Source: Fibrobacteria bacterium
GTDB taxonomy: Bacteria; Fibrobacterota; Fibrobacteria; UBA11236
Assembly (NCBI GenBank): GCA_041746255.1
Contig: JBGTHM010000102.1
Span: 1 to 64,000, forward strand
Direction: 5' to 3'
Length of the DNA: 64,000 nt
The notes beneath the pieces were generated by a model. The model was not told the DNA's origin. It did not search any database and saw nothing but the letters and a program-made list of their open reading frames with translations. Below, one piece after another: positions 59,645-64,000 of this stretch (positions within the stretch are counted from its first letter, which is position 1; every line of letters starts with the position of its first letter). The position numbers and the translations under genes are program-made.

Positions 59645-62600
59645 AAGGCGGAATAATCGGTTATTTCGCCGACCGGCATATTCTCGCCAACCTCCTGATG
59701 GTGGTTGTGTTTGTGGGTGGTTTTTACTCCTGGAAAAAAGCGGGCAAAGAGGAAATGCCCGACTTCGTCAACGACAGGGTGACGATTTCCGTAAGCTATC
59801 CCGGCGCCACGGCTCAGGAAGTGGAGTACTTCGTGGTACGTCCGCTGGAAGAGGCAATAAAAGGGGTGGATGGAATCGAGGAAATCCGCAGTACGGCCTC
59901 TCCCGGCGGGGCCAGCATCAATGCCTATTTGGAAGACCAGCCCTCCCGCTTCCATGAAATCGTCACCGAGATAAAAAACGCGGCCCTCGATGCGCGGCTT
60001 CCCGAAGAAATCACCGAAGAGCCACGGGTAAGGCAATGGCAATCTTCCAAAAGCGCGATCATCGACATCGCCATTTTCGATACGGCCCTGCATCTCTGGA
60101 CTGTGGATGACCGCAAACGGTTGCAGTCAGTAGCCTTGACTTTGGAGAATGCCTTGATCGGCTTGCCTCAGGTCAACTCCGTCAATCGGGGAGGGTTTCT
60201 CCGGGATGAAATCCGTATCAGTGCCAATCCTTTACGTTTACAGAATTACAACATTCCCCTAAATGCCCTGGCCGCCGAAATTCGCGGCAACAATCAGCGC
60301 CGACCCGCAGGATCCCTGAAGGACGCGGATGAATCGAAAGTCACCCTGGCCGGCGAATTGACCGAGGTCGAGGAATTAAAAAATCTAATCGTGCAAGGCG
60401 GATTCGACGGGCCGGCCGTCAGGTTGGGCGACGTGGCGGAAGTGAACGTCGGTTTCGAAGAAACCCGTTCCATCCAGAAGGTGAATGGGCACGAGGCCGT
60501 CATTCTCAATGTGGTGAAAAACAGTTCGGCAGGAATCATCAAGGCCGTGGACGCGGTACATGCCAATGTTGAAAGGTTCCAAAAGGAAAACCTCGCGGGA
60601 GAATCCGTTCGCATCCTTCTGCTCGACGACGAATCGCGGGACGTCCGCAACCGTTTATCCATTATCGCTTCCAACGGAATCATAGGGATCGCTCTCATAC
60701 TCCTGCTGCTCTTTCTGTTCCTGAATTTGCCGGCCGGGTTATGGGTGACCGTAGGCATTCCTTTTTGCTTCGGTTTCACGCTTATCGGCGCCTATATGAT
60801 GGGGCATACGGTGAACAATATGACTTTGGCGGCAGTCATCATTGTGATGGGAATGATTGTGGACGATGCCATCGTAGTCGCGGAAAACATCATGCGCCTG
60901 CGAAACCAAAAAGGGAATGTCAGGGAGGCTTCCGTGGAAGGAGCCCGGTTCGTAAGTCTTCCCATCACGGCGGCCATAATCACCACCTGCGCGGCATTTC
61001 TCCCGCTTCTTTTTTTCGAAAACCGTTTCGGCAACCTCATCAAGGTCATTCCTCCCGTCGTTTCTTTGATGCTTATTGCCAGCCTGATCGAATCGCTGCT
61101 TATCCTCCCGGGGCATATGGCCCTTTCTCCGCCCAAGTGGGTGCGTCGTTTAGGCGGAAAATTCCGCAAAACCGTTCCCACGTCGGAAGGCCGGGCGCCG
61201 AAGAAACATTGGTTCGATAATGTGGAATCAGTCTACGCTTTCGTGCTGTACCGGATTTTGCGTTTCAAATGGCTGGTGTTTCCGGTGTTCGGTGTGTTGC
61301 TATTCTGGACCGCGCATATTTTCACGAACGATATGAAATTCGTGCTCTTTCCCAATGAAGAAACCACTCAAGTAAGGGTGGACATAGAGGCGCCGGTGGA
61401 GGTGAGGCGTTATGAAATGGCGGAACTCACGCGCAAGGTTGAGGGATTCCTGCAACCCTATATAGGCCATGAATTGATAGGACATCGTACCGAAATCGCC
61501 CGCAGTCGCTGGGGAAGGCCGGTGCAGGAAAACATCGCCTCGATGCGGGTGGAATTGGTGGCGCGGGAAAAACGGGAGAAATCGGCGCGACAATTGATTG
61601 CCGAATGGCGGGCGCTTGCCGATTCCCTGCAGGGCTTCACGAAAATTGATTTCCGCACTTCCCGTTTTGGACAAGAAAGCGGAAGTTCCATCGAGATCCA
61701 AGTACTGGAAAACAATGACGGGGTGCGTAATCGCGTGGCGGACTCCTTGGCGGCTGCGCTAATGGCGAATCCAGCCCTGGTCGATGTCGAAATCGACAGG
61801 CCGCTTGACAATCCGGAATTTCTGCTCAAACTGAATCGCGACCGGATCAAACGCCTTTCCATTAATCCCGCGAATATCGCCCAAACCTTACGAACCTTGT
61901 TGGAAGGTCAGGTCCTGTATGAAATTGCGGGAGATCAGGAAGAAGTCTCGGTGGTGTTGACGGCCAAGGATGCCGTCAAAGGAAATATCCGCGATATTTT
62001 AGCGCTGCCCGTAGAAAACAGCAGGGACTATCTGGTGCCGTTGTCGTCGGTCGTTTCGGTGGAAGAGAGCACGACTCCGGCCAGCATTGAAAGGGAGCGG
62101 TACAAACGGGTTACCAAAGTGATTGCCGATTTGCGCTCAAATAGCAGCGTTACTCCCCTCGAGATAGCCGATCAACTTGAAGCGGAAGTATTCCCCCGCC
62201 TCCTGAGGAATAACCCGAACACCCAGTTGGCTTTCACGGGAGAGGTCAAAGATACGCGCGAATCGCAAGGAAATTTCGAAATGGCTATTTTTACCGTGAT
62301 TATTCTTATATACGGGATTCTAGCCTTGCTTTTCAATTCGCTGTTAACCCCTTTCATCATCATGGCCAGCATTCCTTTTGGCGTAGTGGGGGTGGTCTTG
62401 GCCTTCAAATTCCACGGAATGCAGCAATACGGATTTTTCGCGGCTGTGGGCATATTGGGTTTGATGGGGGTGGTCATCAACGATTCCATCGTGATGCTGG
62501 TAAAACTAAAAAAAAGATTTACCGCCCCCACCGAGGGAATTGAAGACGATTCCGAACCCGAGGTTTCGACCGGAGTTAAATCCATTTCGGACTACAAGGT

Positions 62601-62838
62601 GGCGCATGTTTCCAAAACCAGGCTCCGTGCCGTTATCTTAACTACGCTTACCACCGTGGCGGGACTTTTCCCCACCGCTTACGGCATCGCAGGCTACGAC
62701 GCCATGTTGGCGGAAATGATGCTGGCTATGGGTTGGGGGCTACTATTCGGAACCTTGATAACCCTGGTGTTGGTGCCCTCCCTGTATGCGGCTGGGTTAC
62801 AAATTCGGGGCTGGTTCGCTGCCCAAGGAAACGTTTAA
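59641..62838 (+). CDS. RND efflux permease (AcrB/CusA family)
   Basis: YPGA...VE, VRLGDVA, VDDAIVVAENI, RLRAVILTTLTT; 12-TM layout. Confidence 0.93.
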   Translation: MKGGIIGYFADRHILANLLMVVVFVGGFYSWKKAGKEEMPDFVNDRVTISVSYPGATAQEVEYFVVRPLEEAIKGVDGIEEIRSTASPGGASINAYLEDQPSRFHEIVTEIKNAALDARLPEEITEEPRVRQWQSSKSAIIDIAIFDTALHLWTVDDRKRLQSVALTLENALIGLPQVNSVNRGGFLRDEIRISANPLRLQNYNIPLNALAAEIRGNNQRRPAGSLKDADESKVTLAGELTEVEELKNLIVQGGFDGPAVRLGDVAEVNVGFEETRSIQKVNGHEAVILNVVKNSSAGIIKAVDAVHANVERFQKENLAGESVRILLLDDESRDVRNRLSIIASNGIIGIALILLLLFLFLNLPAGLWVTVGIPFCFGFTLIGAYMMGHTVNNMTLAAVIIVMGMIVDDAIVVAENIMRLRNQKGNVREASVEGARFVSLPITAAIITTCAAFLPLLFFENRFGNLIKVIPPVVSLMLIASLIESLLILPGHMALSPPKWVRRLGGKFRKTVPTSEGRAPKKHWFDNVESVYAFVLYRILRFKWLVFPVFGVLLFWTAHIFTNDMKFVLFPNEETTQVRVDIEAPVEVRRYEMAELTRKVEGFLQPYIGHELIGHRTEIARSRWGRPVQENIASMRVELVAREKREKSARQLIAEWRALADSLQGFTKIDFRTSRFGQESGSSIEIQVLENNDGVRNRVADSLAAALMANPALVDVEIDRPLDNPEFLLKLNRDRIKRLSINPANIAQTLRTLLEGQVLYEIAGDQEEVSVVLTAKDAVKGNIRDILALPVENSRDYLVPLSSVVSVEESTTPASIERERYKRVTKVIADLRSNSSVTPLEIADQLEAEVFPRLLRNNPNTQLAFTGEVKDTRESQGNFEMAIFTVIILIYGILALLFNSLLTPFIIMASIPFGVVGVVLAFKFHGMQQYGFFAAVGILGLMGVVINDSIVMLVKLKKRFTAPTEGIEDDSEPEVSTGVKSISDYKVAHVSKTRLRAVILTTLTTVAGLFPTAYGIAGYDAMLAEMMLAMGWGLLFGTLITLVLVPSLYAAGLQIRGWFAAQGNV

Positions 62839-62839
62839 G

Positions 62840-64000
62840 ATGTCGTTATTAAGGGCGCTTTGCTTGGGGTTCTGTTTCGGCTTCCTTTTCCTCGAAGCCA
62901 ACGGCCAAGCGTCCGATTCGGTTCCGGATTCCGGGCGGCATCTCACGCTGGAAGCCTTCATCGAACAAGCCAGCCGTAGAGACAGTGTTTTCCAGGAAAT
63001 TCTGATAGACGAGTTGACACTGCAATACCAGCGCACCCTGGCGCTCCCTCCGCGCGATCTGGTTCTTTCAGTGCGCGGGGAGTTCGGCCTTTCCTTGGAC
63101 GGCACTCCCAGACCCGACTTGACCGCTTCGCTGGAGCGCCTTTTTCCCCTCCAGGGCGCCTCCATGGCCTTGCAATTCGAAAGCGTCTCGCGCAGCGCCG
63201 CCGATCGAAACAATGAGTTGTCTCTGGTGTTCGGAATGGAGTTGGCCCGTAACGCCTTCGGTCGTTCCACGCAAATGCTGGATAAACTTACGGGAATGGA
63301 AACCGAAATCGCCCGACATCAAATCGTGGAGGCCTATGAGGACTATCTCGCGTCGCTCATCGTAAGCTATTACAGGTGGACGGCCGCTTGGGAAAGTGTC
63401 AAGGCCGCGCAGTCGGCGGTAGAAGAAGGGGAGAAGCTGCTGACCAACATCCAATCGAAGCAACGCAGTCATATCGCCTATCAAGTCGATGTCGATAAAG
63501 CCCGCTTTCAATTGCTGGGAAAACAAGAAAGCCGAGTCTCGGCTCAGGATGAATACGATGGACTGACTTTGCATATAGCCCGGGCCGTGGGCGGGAATCC
63601 CGACGGACTGCGCCCCGATTCGGTCGGGTTGCATCGCGATGGCAACATCGATGTGCAGAGGGAAAGGGAAGCATTTTTCGAGTCTGGTCGCACCGAGAGC
63701 ATTTTGCGTCTGTTACAAGATAGGGATTCGCTTGCGCTGGAACGTGCGGCCGACAATCTTCTGCCCTCACTGCAAGCCTATGGAGGCCTGGGTTTGGGCG
63801 ATTCCGAACCCACGGTTGCGGAGAATACCCGCGCCTTCGTGGGTCTCAGTCTGGGCTACTCTTTTCAGAAAAGCAGGGAGAAGGCTACGGTTGAGGTGAC
63901 CAAGTTGACCTCGCAAAAGCAGCGTCTCGCGGCAGGGAATGCTCGTTCCCGACTCGTGGCGGACCTGGAGAGTTTATTCCAGACTATCGAGGCGCAAAAA
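62840..64000 (+). CDS. TolC-family outer-membrane protein (partial, runs off the window; absent from the ORF track)
   Basis: ATG 62840 directly after the RND stop; MSLLRALCLGFCFGFLFLEANG signal peptide; LTLEAFIEQA; helical OEP-like pattern. Confidence 0.7.
   Translation, partial: MSLLRALCLGFCFGFLFLEANGQASDSVPDSGRHLTLEAFIEQASRRDSVFQEILIDELTLQYQRTLALPPRDLVLSVRGEFGLSLDGTPRPDLTASLERLFPLQGASMALQFESVSRSAADRNNELSLVFGMELARNAFGRSTQMLDKLTGMETEIARHQIVEAYEDYLASLIVSYYRWTAAWESVKAAQSAVEEGEKLLTNIQSKQRSHIAYQVDVDKARFQLLGKQESRVSAQDEYDGLTLHIARAVGGNPDGLRPDSVGLHRDGNIDVQREREAFFESGRTESILRLLQDRDSLALERAADNLLPSLQAYGGLGLGDSEPTVAENTRAFVGLSLGYSFQKSREKATVEVTKLTSQKQRLAAGNARSRLVADLESLFQTIEAQK

Overview
Gene-dense bacterial chromosomal segment with about 53 CDS. 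It is probably from the FCB superphylum, most likely Fibrobacterota (inference from T9SS/FlgD-like C-terminal tails, DUF2723 and the Ig-rich lipoprotein). Housekeeping blocks are purN-rnhB, rsmE, ribD-ribE-ribB(A/X)-ribH-nusB, accA/accB/accC-dapA-apt and xerC. Other blocks are: a TMEM260/DUF2723 GT-C glycosyltransferase cluster with a polyprenol-P-mannose synthase; a translationally coupled module of ECF sigma, membrane anti-sigma and an exported caspase (peptidase C14) with 16-aa repeats and a putative beta-barrel (top candidate for an under-described signalling system); a FimV-like acidic TPR protein and a PilT/PilU ATPase embedded in the acc genes; tandem paralogous sulfatases and beta-barrels; a 179-bp MITE at the rsmE stop codon; and divergent MacAB-TolC and RND-TolC efflux genes around an OmpR-family two-component system. 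No rRNA, tRNA, CRISPR array or transposase was seen. All calls come from reading motifs by eye; no database searches were run.
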